Shown here: positions 1 through 11,572 of the stretch, in pieces
How positions within the stretch are numbered: the first letter of the stretch is position 1
Layout: every line of letters starts with the position of its first letter
Assembly: GCA_964242035.1 (NCBI GenBank)
Contig: CAXTCL010000001.1
Span: 1 to 58,976 of the forward strand
Length of the DNA: 58,976 bases
Direction of reading: 5' to 3'
Source: an uncultured Acetobacteraceae bacterium
GTDB lineage: Bacteria; Pseudomonadota; Alphaproteobacteria; Acetobacterales; Acetobacteraceae
The notes under the pieces: model-generated
Seen by the model: only the letters and a program-made list of their open reading frames with translations
Databases searched by the model: none
What the model was told of the DNA's origin: nothing
Made by a program: the position numbers and the translations under genes

Positions 1-115
1 TTTGAAAAAAAGAAGCAAAAAACTTTTGGTCCCTGTCGGCGGGTGCTGAAACAGCGCGCGACAGCGGACCAAAAGTTTTTTGGTCCTTTCTTTCAAAAAA
101 GGACTGCTTGCTTCC
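1..115. repeat. AT-armed palindromic repeat (REPIN/MITE-like), truncated by window start, core type I
   Basis: TTTGAAAAAAAGAAGCAAAAAACTTTTG-GTCCCTGTCG...CGACAGCGGAC-CAAAAGTTTTTTG-GTCC..GGAC-TGCTTGCTTCC; same motif recurs about 21 times in the window. Confidence 0.9.
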
Positions 116-122
116 TTGCAAT

Positions 123-2321
123 CTAAGCAGCCCGCAGCACAAGAGTTGCCAACGGCGGCAACGTCAGGGCAAGCGACACGGCCATGCCATGAATGGCAAC
201 ATCCTCCGCGTCGATCGACCCGCTGTTCCCCAAATTCGACCCGCCATAGACCGCCGCATCCGTGTTGACGATCTCCTGCCAGGCGCCGTGCTGCGGCACA
301 CCAACGCGGTAGCCGTAGCGCGGCATCGGCGTGAAGTTGCAGACCACCAGCACAGGCGGGTCGCCGTCTTCCCCAAGCCTGAGATAGGCAAACACGCTCT
401 GCTCGGAATCATCCATCACCACCCAGCGGAAACCCGTCTCCTCGGTGTCGCGCACGTGCAGCGCAGGATTTGCGCGATAGGCGCGGTTGAGGTCCCCGAG
501 CAAGGACTGCATGCCGCGGTGCATCGGATTGTCGAGCAGGAACCAGTCAAGCCCGGCGTCATGGTTCCACTCGCGGACCTGGGCGAACTCGCCGCCCATG
601 AACAGCAGCTTCTTGCCGGGATGAGTCCACATGAAGCCGAAATAGGCACGCAAATTGGCGAATTTCTGCCACTCGTCACCCGGCATCTTGCCGATCAGCG
701 AGCCTTTTCCATACACCACCTCGTCATGCGAGAGGGGCAGCACGAAGCGCTCGGAGAACGCATAGACCAGGCCGAAGGTGATCTCGCCGTGATGCCAACG
801 TCGATAGACCGGCTGCTCCTCCATGTAGTGCAGCGTGTCGTGCATCCACCCCATGTTCCACTTGTAGTCGAACCCGAGACCGCCCTCATCGACGGGACGC
901 GACACGAGCGGGAACGCGGTCGATTCCTCGGCGATCATGACTGCGCCAGGTACCCGGTCCTGCATCGCGCGTGACATTTCATGGAAGAACCCGATCGCTT
1001 CCAGGTTCTCGCGGCCGCCATAGATGTTGGGCACCCACTCGCCCTGCGGCCGGCTGTAGTCGCGATACAGCATGGAGGCTACGGCATCGACGCGTATGCC
1101 GTCCACATGGAAGCGTTCGAGCCAATGCAACGCGCTGCCGATCAGGAACGCACGCACCTCGTTGCGGCCGTGGTTGTAGATGAACGTGTTCCAGTCGCGG
1201 TGGAAGCCCTCGCGCGGGTCCTGGTGCTCGTAGAGCGCGGTGCCGTCGAACACCGCCAGGCCGTGGGCGTCCGTTGGGAAATGCGCAGGTACCCAGTCGA
1301 GTATCACGCCGATCCCGGCCGCGTGAAAGCGATCGACGAACCGGGCGAAACCGTCCGGCGGGCCGAGCCGAGCCGTAGGGGCGAACTGGCCGAGCGGCTG
1401 GTAGCCCCAGGAGCCGCCGAACGGATGCTCCATCACCGGCATCAGCTCCACATGCGTGAAGCCCATCTGCTGCAGATACGGGACCAGCCTGTCGGCCAGA
1501 TCCTCCCACGTGTAGTCGGACACATGCGATTCCGGCAGCCAGGACATCGCATGCATCTCGTAGATAGACATCGGCGCGTCCGGACGCTGACGTGCCGCCC
1601 GGCCGGCCATCCAGTCGCCATCCGTCCAGGCCGGCTCCCAGGGTTCCGGCACGATGGAGCCGGTGGCCGGCGGCCGCTCCGTCTGCTGGGCCACAGGATC
1701 GGCCTTCAGCGGCAGCGTCGCGCCATCAGGCCCCATGATCTCGTATTTATATACTGTGCCAGGTGTCACGCGCGGGATGAACAGCTCCCACACGCCAGGC
1801 CCGTGCCGCAGCCGCATCGGGTGACGCCGACCGTCCCAAAGATTGAAGCTGCCGACGACGGATACCCTGCGCGCGTTCGGCGCCCACACGGCAAACCGCA
1901 CGCCGTCCACGCCGTCTATGCGCGCCGCATGCGCACCCAGCACGCGCGCGAAATCCCGGTGCCGTCCTTCCGCGAGCAGATGGAGGTCCATCTCGCCCAG
2001 CAGCGGCGCAAAACCATACGGATCTTCCGTCTCGATGATCGCCGGCCCGTAGGCAATACGGAACCGGTAGGGCGCTTGCTGAGGCAGCACACCACTCCAA
2101 AAACCCGCCTCGTCGACCAGCGACATCTGCGCCAGGGCCCGGCCATCGCTGCGGGACACGATCTGCACGCTTGCGGCATTCGGAAAAAAGGCCCGCACAG
2201 CCATGCCATCCTCGACCAAATGCGGGCCGAGGATGGCGAACGGATCGCCATGCCTGGCCTGCACGATCGAATCGACGTCAGCGCGGCCTGGCGCGCCGGT
2301 AGCCGCCAAAGTCTCAGACAT
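123..2321 (-). CDS. glgB: 1,4-alpha-glucan branching enzyme
   Basis: Motifs [56 protein letters not shown]. Start taken at MSETL (2321), overlapping the treS stop. Confidence 0.95.
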   Translation of the reverse strand: MSETLAATGAPGRADVDSIVQARHGDPFAILGPHLVEDGMAVRAFFPNAASVQIVSRSDGRALAQMSLVDEAGFWSGVLPQQAPYRFRIAYGPAIIETEDPYGFAPLLGEMDLHLLAEGRHRDFARVLGAHAARIDGVDGVRFAVWAPNARRVSVVGSFNLWDGRRHPMRLRHGPGVWELFIPRVTPGTVYKYEIMGPDGATLPLKADPVAQQTERPPATGSIVPEPWEPAWTDGDWMAGRAARQRPDAPMSIYEMHAMSWLPESHVSDYTWEDLADRLVPYLQQMGFTHVELMPVMEHPFGGSWGYQPLGQFAPTARLGPPDGFARFVDRFHAAGIGVILDWVPAHFPTDAHGLAVFDGTALYEHQDPREGFHRDWNTFIYNHGRNEVRAFLIGSALHWLERFHVDGIRVDAVASMLYRDYSRPQGEWVPNIYGGRENLEAIGFFHEMSRAMQDRVPGAVMIAEESTAFPLVSRPVDEGGLGFDYKWNMGWMHDTLHYMEEQPVYRRWHHGEITFGLVYAFSERFVLPLSHDEVVYGKGSLIGKMPGDEWQKFANLRAYFGFMWTHPGKKLLFMGGEFAQVREWNHDAGLDWFLLDNPMHRGMQSLLGDLNRAYRANPALHVRDTEETGFRWVVMDDSEQSVFAYLRLGEDGDPPVLVVCNFTPMPRYGYRVGVPQHGAWQEIVNTDAAVYGGSNLGNSGSIDAEDVAIHGMAVSLALTLPPLATLVLRAA

Positions 2322-5300
2322 TCTCGCGAGCCTCCTGCAACAGGCGGGCGGAGACACGCGAGAGGCCGGCGAGCGGTATGCCGATCCAGGCAGGCCGGTT
2401 GGCCGCCTCGTAGCGAACTTCGTAGGCCGCTTTTTCCAGCAGGAAGAGGTCCAAAAGCGTCTGCTCCGCCTGCTTTTCCACCCATGGTTTCGGGGCCGCA
2501 TGCAGCACGCTCCTGTAGGCCTCGAAGAACGCCCGTCCCGCGGTCTGCCTGAACAGTTCAACCAGGTTCACCTGCCGCTCGACCGCCTGGCCGGACACCG
2601 GCACGCGGCCGGCCAATGCGCTAGCGGCCGCGTAATCGAAGGACCGCAGCAGGCCGGCCACGTCGCGGAGCGGCGACGATTTCGCGCGGCGCTGCGCCAT
2701 TGTCTTCGCCGGCTCGCCCTCGAAGTCGATCAGGGTCGCGTCCCCCGGCGTGACCAGCACCTGACCCAGGTGGAAATCGCCGTGCACGCGCGTCTGCGTG
2801 GCAAGCCCTGCGGCCGCCGCGGATAGGCGCCAGGCCGCCGCACGCAGCGCATCGGCGTGTGCGAGGAAATCCGACGACAGCGCATGCGTCGCCTCGTCAG
2901 GCCAGTCGGTGATGCGCTGGCAGGCCTGCACAGCCAGGTCGATCTGTTCGACCACGCCCTCCGCCCAGGCATTGACCGCCGCCGCGTCGGCCGGCTCCGG
3001 CCGGAACGCCGGGTCTTCCGTCTCGCCTGCCAGGACCTCGTGCATCTCGGCCAGCCGCCTGCCGATCGCGCTGGCAAGTGCCAGGTAGCCGGACAGCGCG
3101 TCCTCGAAGGCGGCGGCGTCGTCGCTGCCGGATATATCGGCAGAGACGCGCTTGAGATAGTCGAGCGTCCACTCCCACGCGTCGCCCTGGTTGCGCACGA
3201 AGCCCTGCGCCAGCATCACCGTGTGCTGCACGCCGGCGTCGTCCCTGCGCAACACTTCGCCGAGCAGCGGTGCGATGTTGGCGAAACCGCGCGCCGTGAG
3301 GTAGCCGGTCATCTCGGCCTCCGGATGGCGCCCCGCTAGTACCTTGCGCACGATCTTTAGGACGAGCTTGTCGTCCGCGATGAGCGAACTGTTGGACTGC
3401 TCAGCAGACAGCCGGCGTATCTCCAGATTATCGGGCAGGCCGAGCTCGTCCAGCAGGCTGGTCTTGGAGAACTCGAGCTGTCCGCCAGCGAAGCTCAGCT
3501 TCCGCTCGGCCCGCATCGCGTCGATGATGTTGCGCGTGAACGCATCGAGCGCAAAACCGTCGGTAAGGTAGCCCACTTCGGCCGCGCGGCGCACGCGCGT
3601 GACGGCAAGCTGCTGGGCTAACGGGCCGCTGGTATTGTCGTCGCGGCAGATGCCGAGGGGCAGCGTGTAGCTTTCCACACGGTCGCCGATCTCGGCGTCC
3701 ACCTCGGTCAGCAGGGAGGCGCGCAGACCCTCTCCCAGTTTTACCGCATAGGCCAACTTCACGCTGGACAGCTTTTCGCCCTTGGAGGCAAACCAGCGGC
3801 GTTTCTGCAAATAGGCCGGCAGCACCTCGCGCTCGAGTATGGCGCGGCCCGTCGCCTGCAGCACTTCGCTGATGTCATGGCGCAGCACGATCGTGGCGTA
3901 TTCCGGCAACGGCGTGGACACCTGGCCACCGCGCGACGGCATCGCGGCTTCCGGCACCAGGGAGAACCAGTAGAATGCATAGGCCGGCAGCGTCAGCAGA
4001 TAGGAGAGTTGCCCAATCGCCGGAAACGCGTTGCCGCCCACGATGTCGATAGGCGTGCGCCCGGAGAACGCCGAGAGGTCCAGCTCCACCGCCTGCGCCG
4101 TGCGCGACAGGTTGCTGACGCAGAGCAGCACCTCTTCGCCGTGCTCGTCGGCGTGCTCGCGAAGATAGGCGAGTATGCGGCGGTTGTTCGGGTAGAGGAA
4201 ACGCTGCGTGCCGCGGCCGAAGGCGCGGTGCTGGCGCCGCACTGCCAGCATGGTGCGCATCCAGTTCAGCAGCGAATGCTGGTCGCGCGCCTGGCTCTCC
4301 ACGTTCACCGCGGGAAACCCGTAGATCGGGTCCATGATCGGCGGCAGCACCAGGGCGGCCGGATCGGCACGCGAGAAACCGCCATTGCGGTCCACCGACC
4401 ACTGCATCGGCGTGCGCACGCCGTCGCGGTCGCCGAGATGGATGTTGTCGCCCATGCCGAGCTCGTCGCCGTAATAGATCACCGGCGTGCCTGGCATGGA
4501 CAGCAGCAGCCCGTTCATCAGCTCAATGCGGCGGCGGTCACGCTCAAGCAGCGGCGCCAGGCGGCGGCGTATCCCCAGGTTAATGCGCGCGCGGCGGTCG
4601 CTGGCATACGTCTCCCACAAATAGTCGCGCTCGGCGCTGGTCACCATCTCCAGCGTCAGCTCGTCATGGTTGCGCAGGAACACCGCCCACTGGCAGTTGC
4701 CTGGGATCGCTGGCGTCTGGCGCATGATGTCGGTGATCGGGAAGCGGTCCTCGCGCGCGATCGCCATGTACATACGTGGCATCAGCGGGAAATGGAACGA
4801 CATGTGGCATTCGTCGCCGTCGCCGAAATACTGCTGCGCGTCTTCCGGCCACTGGTTGGCCTCCGCCAACAGCATGCGCCCAGGCGCGTGGCGGTCCATC
4901 TCGGCACGTATCAGCTTGAGTATATCGTGCGTCTCGGAGAGGTTCTCGTTGTTGGTGCCTTCCCGCTCCACCAGATACGGTACCGCGTCCAGGCGCAGGC
5001 CGTCGATGCCCATGTCCAGCCAGAAGCGCATCACCGAGAGCACTTCGTCCAGCACGGCCGGATTGTCGAAGTTCAGGTCTGGCTGGTGCGAGTAGAAGCG
5101 GTGCCAGAAATACGCCTTCGCTTCGTCGTCCCACGTCCAGTTGGATTTCTCGGTGTCGAGGAAGATCACCCGCGTGCCCGCGTATTTGTCGTCATCGTCG
5201 GACCACACGTAGAACTCGCGCTCCGGCGAGCCTGGCGGTGCCAACCGCGCGCGCTGGAACCACGGATGCTGGTCGCTGGTATGGTTGATCACAAGTTCGG

Positions 5301-5619
5301 TGATCACGCGTATGTTGCGCTCGTGTGCCGCCTCGATGAAGTGGCGCACGTCGGCCAGCGTGCCGTAGTCGGCATGCACGCCGCGGTAGTCGGCGATATC
5401 GTAGCCGTCATCGCGACGCGGCGACGGATAAAACGGCAGCATCCAGATCGCGGTCACGCCCAGCTCGGAGATGTAGTCCAGCTTATCAATCAGTCCCTTG
5501 AAGTCGCCAATGCCGTCATTGTCGGCGTCGAAAAAGGACTTCAGGTGCAGCTGGTAGATGATCGCGTCCTTGTACCAGAGCGGGTCCTCGGGCGCGGTCG
5601 CGTGTGTCTGAGCGTTCAT
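2314..5619 (-). CDS. treS: Trehalose synthase TreS fused to C-terminal maltokinase (Pep2/Mak)
   Basis: [40 protein letters not shown]; C-terminal kinase motifs EQSNSS and [19 protein letters not shown]. Confidence 0.95.
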   Translation of the reverse strand: MNAQTHATAPEDPLWYKDAIIYQLHLKSFFDADNDGIGDFKGLIDKLDYISELGVTAIWMLPFYPSPRRDDGYDIADYRGVHADYGTLADVRHFIEAAHERNIRVITELVINHTSDQHPWFQRARLAPPGSPEREFYVWSDDDDKYAGTRVIFLDTEKSNWTWDDEAKAYFWHRFYSHQPDLNFDNPAVLDEVLSVMRFWLDMGIDGLRLDAVPYLVEREGTNNENLSETHDILKLIRAEMDRHAPGRMLLAEANQWPEDAQQYFGDGDECHMSFHFPLMPRMYMAIAREDRFPITDIMRQTPAIPGNCQWAVFLRNHDELTLEMVTSAERDYLWETYASDRRARINLGIRRRLAPLLERDRRRIELMNGLLLSMPGTPVIYYGDELGMGDNIHLGDRDGVRTPMQWSVDRNGGFSRADPAALVLPPIMDPIYGFPAVNVESQARDQHSLLNWMRTMLAVRRQHRAFGRGTQRFLYPNNRRILAYLREHADEHGEEVLLCVSNLSRTAQAVELDLSAFSGRTPIDIVGGNAFPAIGQLSYLLTLPAYAFYWFSLVPEAAMPSRGGQVSTPLPEYATIVLRHDISEVLQATGRAILEREVLPAYLQKRRWFASKGEKLSSVKLAYAVKLGEGLRASLLTEVDAEIGDRVESYTLPLGICRDDNTSGPLAQQLAVTRVRRAAEVGYLTDGFALDAFTRNIIDAMRAERKLSFAGGQLEFSKTSLLDELGLPDNLEIRRLSAEQSNSSLIADDKLVLKIVRKVLAGRHPEAEMTGYLTARGFANIAPLLGEVLRRDDAGVQHTVMLAQGFVRNQGDAWEWTLDYLKRVSADISGSDDAAAFEDALSGYLALASAIGRRLAEMHEVLAGETEDPAFRPEPADAAAVNAWAEGVVEQIDLAVQACQRITDWPDEATHALSSDFLAHADALRAAAWRLSAAAAGLATQTRVHGDFHLGQVLVTPGDATLIDFEGEPAKTMAQRRAKSSPLRDVAGLLRSFDYAAASALAGRVPVSGQAVERQVNLVELFRQTAGRAFFEAYRSVLHAAPKPWVEKQAEQTLLDLFLLEKAAYEVRYEAANRPAWIGIPLAGLSRVSARLLQEARENV

Positions 5620-5662
5620 CGGTGGTCCGTATGCGATATTGGGCGGGGATACAATTCGCCGG

Positions 5663-8600
5663 TCAGGCGGCAGGCTGGGCGCGCCAGATGGCGTAAGGCT
5701 GCTCGGGCGTCAGCCGGACGCGATGGTGCCTGCCCTGCCACAAGGCGGACGTGCCGGCGAGCAGGTCGTCCATGGCGAGCGCGCCTTCGTCTGGGATGCG
5801 CCAGGACCACAGCGGGAGCTCGATGTCGGCCTCCTGCGCGTGATGCGGGTCCAGGCTAACCGCCACCAGCACCACGTTGGACCGGTCCGGCGTGGCCTTT
5901 TCATAGAACAGCACGGAGTCGTTGGCCGCCGGCAGGAAACGCACGCCCAGATGCGTCTGCAAGGCCGGATTACGCCGCCTGATCCGGTTTAGCTCGGTGA
6001 TCTCGGCCACGATGTTGCCAGGCCGCTGCCAGTCCCAGGCGCGCAGCTGGTATTTCTCGCTGTCGAGATACTCTTCGCGGCCAGGCACGGCCGCCGCCTC
6101 GCACAGCTCGAATCCGCAATACACGCCGAACAGCCCGGACAGCGTGCCGGCCAGCGCCGCGCGTATCAGGAAGCCGCCGCGTCCGGATCCCTGCAGGAAC
6201 ACCGGGTTGATGTCCGGCGTGTTGACGAAGAAATGCGGCCGGAACACGTGGCGCGCCGGCGCCTCGTTCAGCTCGGTGAGGTACTCCTCCAGCTCCGCCT
6301 TCTCGTTGCGCCAGGTGAAATACGTGTAGGATTGCGAGAAGCCGATCTTGGCCAGCCGATACATGATCTTCGGCCGGGTGAACGCCTCGGCCAGGAACAT
6401 TGCCTCCGGGTAGCGCGCCCGCACCTCGCGTATCATCCACTCCCAGAACGGGAACGGCTTGGTGTGCGGGTTATCGACGCGGAAGATGCGTATCCCCTGC
6501 TCGCACCAGAACAGCACCACGTCGCACAGCGCCACCCATAGGCCGGGCACCGCGTCCTCGGCGTAGAAATCGACGTTGACAATGTCCTCGTATTTTTTCG
6601 GCGGGTTCTCGGCGTAGCGTATCGAGCCGTCAGGCCGCCAGTCGAACCAGCCGCGGTGCTGCTTGAGCCATGGGTGGTCAGGCGAGCACTGTATGGCGAA
6701 GTCGATCGCCACCTCCAGACCATGCGCGGAGGCTGCCTGCTGCAGATGCTGGAAGTCGGCGAGCGTGCCCAGCTCGGGGTGCAGCGCGTCGTGACCGCCC
6801 TCCGGTGAGCCGACCGCATAGGGGCTGCCGGGATCGTCCGGCGCCGGCGTCAACGTGTTGTTGCGTCCCTTGCGGTTGACGCGGCCGATCGGGCTGATCG
6901 GCGGGAAATACAGCACGTCGAAGCCCATGTCGCGTATGCGCGGCAGATGCCGCTCCACGTCGGCGAACGTGCCATGGCGGGCCGGGTCGTCGCTCATGCT
7001 GCGCGGAAAGATCTCGTACCAGCTCGCGTAGCTCGCCAGCGCGCGCTCCGCGTCGATCGGCAGCGCCGGCGTCTCCACCTTGAACGGCCGCGCATCCGCT
7101 GCCCGCATCAGTTCCGCCAGGCCTAGCTCCAGAAGCGCGCGGGTACGTGCCGCCTCGTCCAGCCCGGCAAGCGCGTCCAGCCTGTCGCGCAACGCCGCGC
7201 CGACGCTGCCCGAAGCCGGATCGGCCTTGCGGGCCTGCGCCGCACGCACCAGCGCCTCGCCCTCGGCAAGCTCCAGCGTCACACGCAGCCCGACGGCGGA
7301 TTTCTTCGTCAGCTCGTCATGGAAGGTGGCCCAGGCGTCCTTCCACGCCGTCACGACATATTCGTGAACCCCCATGCAAGCCAGCGGCATGTCGGCGGTC
7401 CACACATCGTTGCCGAGCGCATGCATCGCTACCTCGCGCCACGCCGCCTCACCCGGCGCGCGCCAGCGCAATGCAGCGGCAATCTTGTCGTGTCCGTCGA
7501 AAACCACGTCGGCAGTCACCGTCACCACCTCGCCTGCCGTGGCCTTCACCGGATGCCGCCCTGAATCGACGCAGGGCTGCGGGTTCTCGATCGCCAGCCT
7601 GGGAGCCGCCGCCGCCTGCGTCGCCGCGGCCGGCGTCGCCCGTGGCGCCTTTGTCACGGCTTGGCGCCGCTCCGCCGTGAAAAGCCGCGTGCTGCCAGGC
7701 GCCAGGTGAACCAGGCCCTCAGGAGAAAGACTGACGCCCGTCGCATCCTTGAACGGCCCGAACGCGCCGCCGGCGGCGGCAAGCAGCGCTGCTCCCTTCA
7801 CGTCCAACTGCAATTGCGCGTCCGTGTTGATCACTGCCAACGCGGCCCGCTTTGCCTGACGCAGATCCGCGCTGTCGGTGCGAAGCAGGCTGATCACCGG
7901 CCCGGCCTCGCCCGTCGGAAGCCGCGCCGACAGCCGCGCCGACAGCGCGGCCTCCCCGGCGATGGCCGCATTCAGCCGTCGCAGTTCGGCAGGGTCGTCA
8001 TGGGCCGCCGAAACATGCAGCCAGCCCTGGCCCAACACTGCAGCCAGGCCAGGTGGCGTGTGCATCCCGGCAGGCGCGTGGTCCGGCCCTTGCGGAACCC
8101 CGTCCAGGCCAAGCAGCGGCGCCACGTCCACCAGGGCGGCCGCCTCTTCCCACAGCCAATCCGCCCGCCCGTCCCACCAAGGGAGTGAGGCGAACACGCC
8201 GTCGGCGCCGCGCCCACGCAAGCTAAGCACCGCCTCCCGCGACAGGCCAGGGGTCCAGGGAAGCAGCACCGCTTGCGGCAGTGCCTCGCGCAAGGCGGCA
8301 AAGAACCCTGGCAGCAAGCCGGCGGAGATGGCCTGCAAGCCCAACAGGCGGAAACCCGCCAGCCCTTGCTCATGCCAGGGCTGGAGCCGCGATACCCACC
8401 AGCCTGCCAGATCGGCCACGTCTTCCGCCCGATCCAGGCGAGCCCTTGCGGCACCGCCACGCAGCCGGCGGCGCGGATCGAGGAGGCCCGCAGGATCAGG
8501 CGCCGCGAATGGCGTTCCGGTCAGGTCGCCCTTCGCCGACACCGCATCGAGCTGCACATCGGCGAGCAGGGCGGTCTCACCAGCAGCTTTCACCAGCTCC

Positions 8601-8797
8601 GTCAGGCTGGAGAGGCCCAGGCTCGGCGCAAACGCTGTGAACTCCTGCGTAAGATACGGGTCGGCAGGGCTGGCCGCCAGCCAGGGTGGCGGCAGCAGCA
8701 GATGGGTGAACCCGAGCTCCGCCGCGCGTCTCGCCTGGGGCGTCACATCGGCCAATTGCCCGGCCATTATACGCAAGGGGCCGCGTGTTGCCGCCAT
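5663..8797 (-). CDS. glgE: Alpha-1,4-glucan:maltose-1-phosphate maltosyltransferase with long N-terminal extension
   Basis: SWYEIFPRS, YAENPPKKYEDI, RIFRVDNPHTKP, FLAEAFTRP, FFVNTPDI; operon with treS and glgB. Confidence 0.92.
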   Translation of the reverse strand: MAATRGPLRIMAGQLADVTPQARRAAELGFTHLLLPPPWLAASPADPYLTQEFTAFAPSLGLSSLTELVKAAGETALLADVQLDAVSAKGDLTGTPFAAPDPAGLLDPRRRLRGGAARARLDRAEDVADLAGWWVSRLQPWHEQGLAGFRLLGLQAISAGLLPGFFAALREALPQAVLLPWTPGLSREAVLSLRGRGADGVFASLPWWDGRADWLWEEAAALVDVAPLLGLDGVPQGPDHAPAGMHTPPGLAAVLGQGWLHVSAAHDDPAELRRLNAAIAGEAALSARLSARLPTGEAGPVISLLRTDSADLRQAKRAALAVINTDAQLQLDVKGAALLAAAGGAFGPFKDATGVSLSPEGLVHLAPGSTRLFTAERRQAVTKAPRATPAAATQAAAAPRLAIENPQPCVDSGRHPVKATAGEVVTVTADVVFDGHDKIAAALRWRAPGEAAWREVAMHALGNDVWTADMPLACMGVHEYVVTAWKDAWATFHDELTKKSAVGLRVTLELAEGEALVRAAQARKADPASGSVGAALRDRLDALAGLDEAARTRALLELGLAELMRAADARPFKVETPALPIDAERALASYASWYEIFPRSMSDDPARHGTFADVERHLPRIRDMGFDVLYFPPISPIGRVNRKGRNNTLTPAPDDPGSPYAVGSPEGGHDALHPELGTLADFQHLQQAASAHGLEVAIDFAIQCSPDHPWLKQHRGWFDWRPDGSIRYAENPPKKYEDIVNVDFYAEDAVPGLWVALCDVVLFWCEQGIRIFRVDNPHTKPFPFWEWMIREVRARYPEAMFLAEAFTRPKIMYRLAKIGFSQSYTYFTWRNEKAELEEYLTELNEAPARHVFRPHFFVNTPDINPVFLQGSGRGGFLIRAALAGTLSGLFGVYCGFELCEAAAVPGREEYLDSEKYQLRAWDWQRPGNIVAEITELNRIRRRNPALQTHLGVRFLPAANDSVLFYEKATPDRSNVVLVAVSLDPHHAQEADIELPLWSWRIPDEGALAMDDLLAGTSALWQGRHHRVRLTPEQPYAIWRAQPAA

Positions 8798-8862
8798 TCA
8801 GGAATTCCTCACCGCTTCGGGAGGGTGAAGAGCGCGAGCGTGCGTTCGGTTGCTCGAAAGAA

Positions 8863-9000
8863 GGAAGGAAGAAAGGCCTTCTTTTTTGAAAAAAAGAAGC
8901 AAAAAACTTTTGGTCCCTGTCGGCGCGCGTTTCAGCAGCCGCCGACACGGAGTAAAAGTTTTTTGGTCCTTTTTTTCAAAAAAGGACTGCTTGCTTTCCT
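8863..9000. repeat. AT-armed palindromic repeat, core type I
   Basis: GGAAGGAAGAAAGGCCTTCTTTTTTGAAAAAAAGAAGC ... GTCCTTTTTTTCAAAAAAGGACTGCTTGC. Confidence 0.9.
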
Positions 9001-9006
9001 CCTGTC

Positions 9007-9765
9007 TCAGACGCTGTCCAACTGCACCCCGCCCGTGACCGCCTGGTACGTGGCGATCGCCAAGGTCAGCGGCTCAAACGGCTTGGTGATCACAAAGGCC
9101 GGCTCGATCGCATCGCCGGTCAGCAGGCGCTCCGGGTAGGCGGTCACGAAGATCACCGGGGCATAGTGGCTGGCCAATATGGCGCTCACGGCGCTCGTCC
9201 CGTCTCCGCCCAGCCCAAGGTTGATGTCGGCGAGGATCAGCCCCGGACGCGTCTGCTTGGCGAGCTTGATCGCCTCCGTCTCGGAGGAGGCGACACCCAC
9301 GACCCTGTGGCCGCAGCTCTGCACCAGCTCCTCGAGGTCCATGGCGATGATCGGCTCGTCCTCTATAATAAGGACGTCGGTCGCCGCCGAAGCTCGCAGG
9401 CGCTCGCGCGCATCCCCCAAGAGCTGTGCGGCCGTCTCTGCAGAGACCCCGAGTATCGGCGCCGCATCGCCGGCCGACACGTCCTCCAGAGAGGTCAGCA
9501 ACAGCAATTGCCGCTGCTTGGCGGACAGCCCCTCGCCGTCGCCGCCGCGCCCGCTATCGTCGAAACGCCGCGTGACACCACGATAGAGCGCATGCCGCGC
9601 ATCATTCATCGGGCCGGCCTCGTCCCCGGCACGTTCGGCCAGCGTATCGCGCAGGCAGTCCGCCACCAGCGCGTCGCCGGCCGGTTGGCTGCCGGTCAGG
9701 GCGCGGGCATACCTACGGGCGTAGGGAAGCGCCCTGATAAGGTCTTCGCGGCGTAGAGCGGTCAT
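9007..9765 (-). CDS. phyR: General stress response anti-anti-sigma factor (sigma-like domain plus receiver)
   Basis: LPYARRYARALTGSQ N-terminus; receiver VLIIEDEPIIAMDL, LADI, FVTAYPERLLTG, ITKPF; GAGG RBS before ATG 9765. Confidence 0.92.
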   Translation of the reverse strand: MTALRREDLIRALPYARRYARALTGSQPAGDALVADCLRDTLAERAGDEAGPMNDARHALYRGVTRRFDDSGRGGDGEGLSAKQRQLLLLTSLEDVSAGDAAPILGVSAETAAQLLGDARERLRASAATDVLIIEDEPIIAMDLEELVQSCGHRVVGVASSETEAIKLAKQTRPGLILADINLGLGGDGTSAVSAILASHYAPVIFVTAYPERLLTGDAIEPAFVITKPFEPLTLAIATYQAVTGGVQLDSV

Positions 9766-9852
9766 CGTAGTTCCTCGGAGACGGATAGGTGCGGAAGTCT
9801 TACCAAGCCAGCATGTGTCGAACACGCCACCGAACGGGATGCCTACGCTAAC

Positions 9853-10392
9853 ATGGCCAGTTCGTCCAAGAGCAAAGCCCCTTCCGAACCAGATGCCGAG
9901 CCGGCCCGGGACGTACGCCGCGACCTGACGGCATTGCTGCCTGAGTTAAGGGCCTACGCGCGTTTTCTAGTGCGCGACCGTTCGAAATCCGACGATCTGG
10001 TGCAGGATACGATCGTTCGGGCGCTGGCTTCCCTTTCGCAGTTCCAGCCAGAAACAAGCCTCAAGGCCTGGGTGTTCACGATTTTGCGAAACGCCTTCTA
10101 CGAGCAGGCACGCCGCCGCAAGCGCGAGGAAGCCGCCCTCGCGCGGCACGGTGGCGGCGGCGAGCGTCTCCAGCAGCATCACGGCGAGATCGCTGACATG
10201 TCACGCATGTTGTGGGCCCTGCCGCCGCTGCTGCGCGAGGCGCTGGTGCTGGTGGGCGCCCAGGAACTCACCCACGAGGAAGCCGCGGTCGTGTGCAACG
10301 TGCCTGTGGGAACCATGCGGGCCCGCGTCTCGCGCGCCCGCGGGAAGCTTGCCGAGGCTTTTGGCGGTGGTAGCAGGCCCTGGGACGCGTAG
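9853..10392 (+). CDS. ECF sigma factor, EcfG/ECF15-like (copy 1)
   Basis: LPELRAYARFL, DDLVQDT, AWVFTILRNAF, REALVLVGA, VGTMRARVSRAR; divergent from phyR. Confidence 0.85.
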   Translation: MASSSKSKAPSEPDAEPARDVRRDLTALLPELRAYARFLVRDRSKSDDLVQDTIVRALASLSQFQPETSLKAWVFTILRNAFYEQARRRKREEAALARHGGGGERLQQHHGEIADMSRMLWALPPLLREALVLVGAQELTHEEAAVVCNVPVGTMRARVSRARGKLAEAFGGGSRPWDA

Positions 10393-10401
10393 GCGTTGGC
10401 A

Positions 10402-10533
10402 GCAAGAAAGCAGTCCTTTTTAGAAGAACCCGCCACGTGCGCTTCGTTGACACGCCTGTATCAACGTTCCCGCGACAGCGGACCGACAGCTTTTGCTTCC
10501 TTTTCTCGAAAAAGAAGGCCTTGCTTCCTTGCC
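10402..10533. repeat. AT-armed palindromic repeat (left arm degenerate), core type I
   Basis: GCAAGAAAGCAGTCCTTTTT ... CGCGACAGCGGAC ... CTCGAAAAAGAAGGCCTTGCTTCC. Confidence 0.8.
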
Positions 10534-10696
10534 TATCAGCGAAGACGACGGACCAGAGCATCCAGCCGCTCAGGAGGCAGGAGCAGAGTTCACCGGAAAA
10601 AACGCGTTTTTCCAGAGATGCCGGTTTCGTGATCGAAGCCGATGCAGCGCATTCCAGGGCTGCGTCATTGGTTGATACAGGAAGACGGAGAGAACG

Positions 10697-11278
10697 ATGA
10701 CCGCCGACATTATGATGCCGACATTCCACGACCAGATCATCTCCATCCTGCCAAAGCTGCGTATTCAAGCACTTGCGCTGACCCGCAACCGCGCGGCGGC
10801 CGAAGACCTCGTGCAGGACGCCGTCTGCAACGCGCTCTCCGCGCAGCAGAGCTTCATCCCCGGCACCAACTTTCCGGCGTGGATGCACCGCATCCTGCGG
10901 AACCGTTTCATCAGCAACCTGCGCAAGCGCCGCGACACCACCGACATCGACGATGTGCCAAGCAGCGTCTTCGCGACCGAGGCACCGCATGAGGATCGCC
11001 TGGCGCTGAAGGAACTTGCCGCGGCGATGACCCGGCTGCCGTCCGACCAGCGTGAGGCGCTTGTGATGGTGGTGGTGCACGGCATGAGCTACGAGGCGCT
11101 TGCTGAATCCACCGGCTGCGCCGTCGGCACGGCGAAGAGCCGCGTGTTCCGTGCCCGTCGCCAGCTCGAGAGCTGGCTGCTTGGTGAGACCAAGGAGAGC
11201 AGCAAGGCCGGACGCAACGCCGCTGCTCTGTTGGCGCGTCGTCTGGCCGAAGGTGAGCGGGATGTGATGCGCGGGTGA
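10697..11278 (+). CDS. ecfG: ECF sigma factor, EcfG/ECF15-like (copy 2)
   Basis: LPKLRIQALAL, AEDLVQD, PGTNFPAWMHRILRNRF, LPSDQREAL, CAVGTAKSRVFRAR; GGAG RBS. Confidence 0.85.
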   Translation: MTADIMMPTFHDQIISILPKLRIQALALTRNRAAAEDLVQDAVCNALSAQQSFIPGTNFPAWMHRILRNRFISNLRKRRDTTDIDDVPSSVFATEAPHEDRLALKELAAAMTRLPSDQREALVMVVVHGMSYEALAESTGCAVGTAKSRVFRARRQLESWLLGETKESSKAGRNAAALLARRLAEGERDVMRG

Positions 11279-11386
11279 TGCGACCAAAAGCATCCATCGG
11301 TAGTTGATAGTGGGTCATGCGGCCGCTCCACCAGGGGCGGCCGTTCGCCTGTGCCGGCCCCGCACGAGGATCACGAGCAGTCTACG

Positions 11387-11572
11387 ATGCCCAAGGCGAA
11401 CGACCCGAGCCGACCAGCCGCACCAAAGACATCCCAGAAGAGACCACGCAAGACGGAGGCCGCCTTTGACCTCTGGCTGCAAAAGGGCCTGCACGACATC
11501 TTCGACAACGTCGCGCACGAGCCTATCCCCGACGAGCTGCTCAGGCTGATCGAAGAGGACCGGAAAAGGTGA
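11387..11572 (+). CDS. nepR: NepR anti-sigma factor
   Basis: LQKGLHDIFDNVAHEPIPDELLRLI resembles the NepR core (L..++d.v..EP+PD...LL); GSR locus context. Confidence 0.85.
   Translation: MPKANDPSRPAAPKTSQKRPRKTEAAFDLWLQKGLHDIFDNVAHEPIPDELLRLIEEDRKR

Noticed and set aside
3877-5859. Long antisense ORFs (e.g. 3877-5859, 50397-52247, 11944-13446, 35966-37627)
   Set aside because: Shadow frames of high-GC genes with no recognisable motifs.
8850-9038. Small Lys/Phe-rich ORFs (KKRSKK, KSFLVLFFKK) as real peptides
   Set aside because: They are translations of the repeat arms with no consistent start or RBS across copies.
9766-9852. Canonical EcfG promoter between phyR and the first sigma gene
   Set aside because: No GGAAC-N16/17-CGTT match on either strand by eye.
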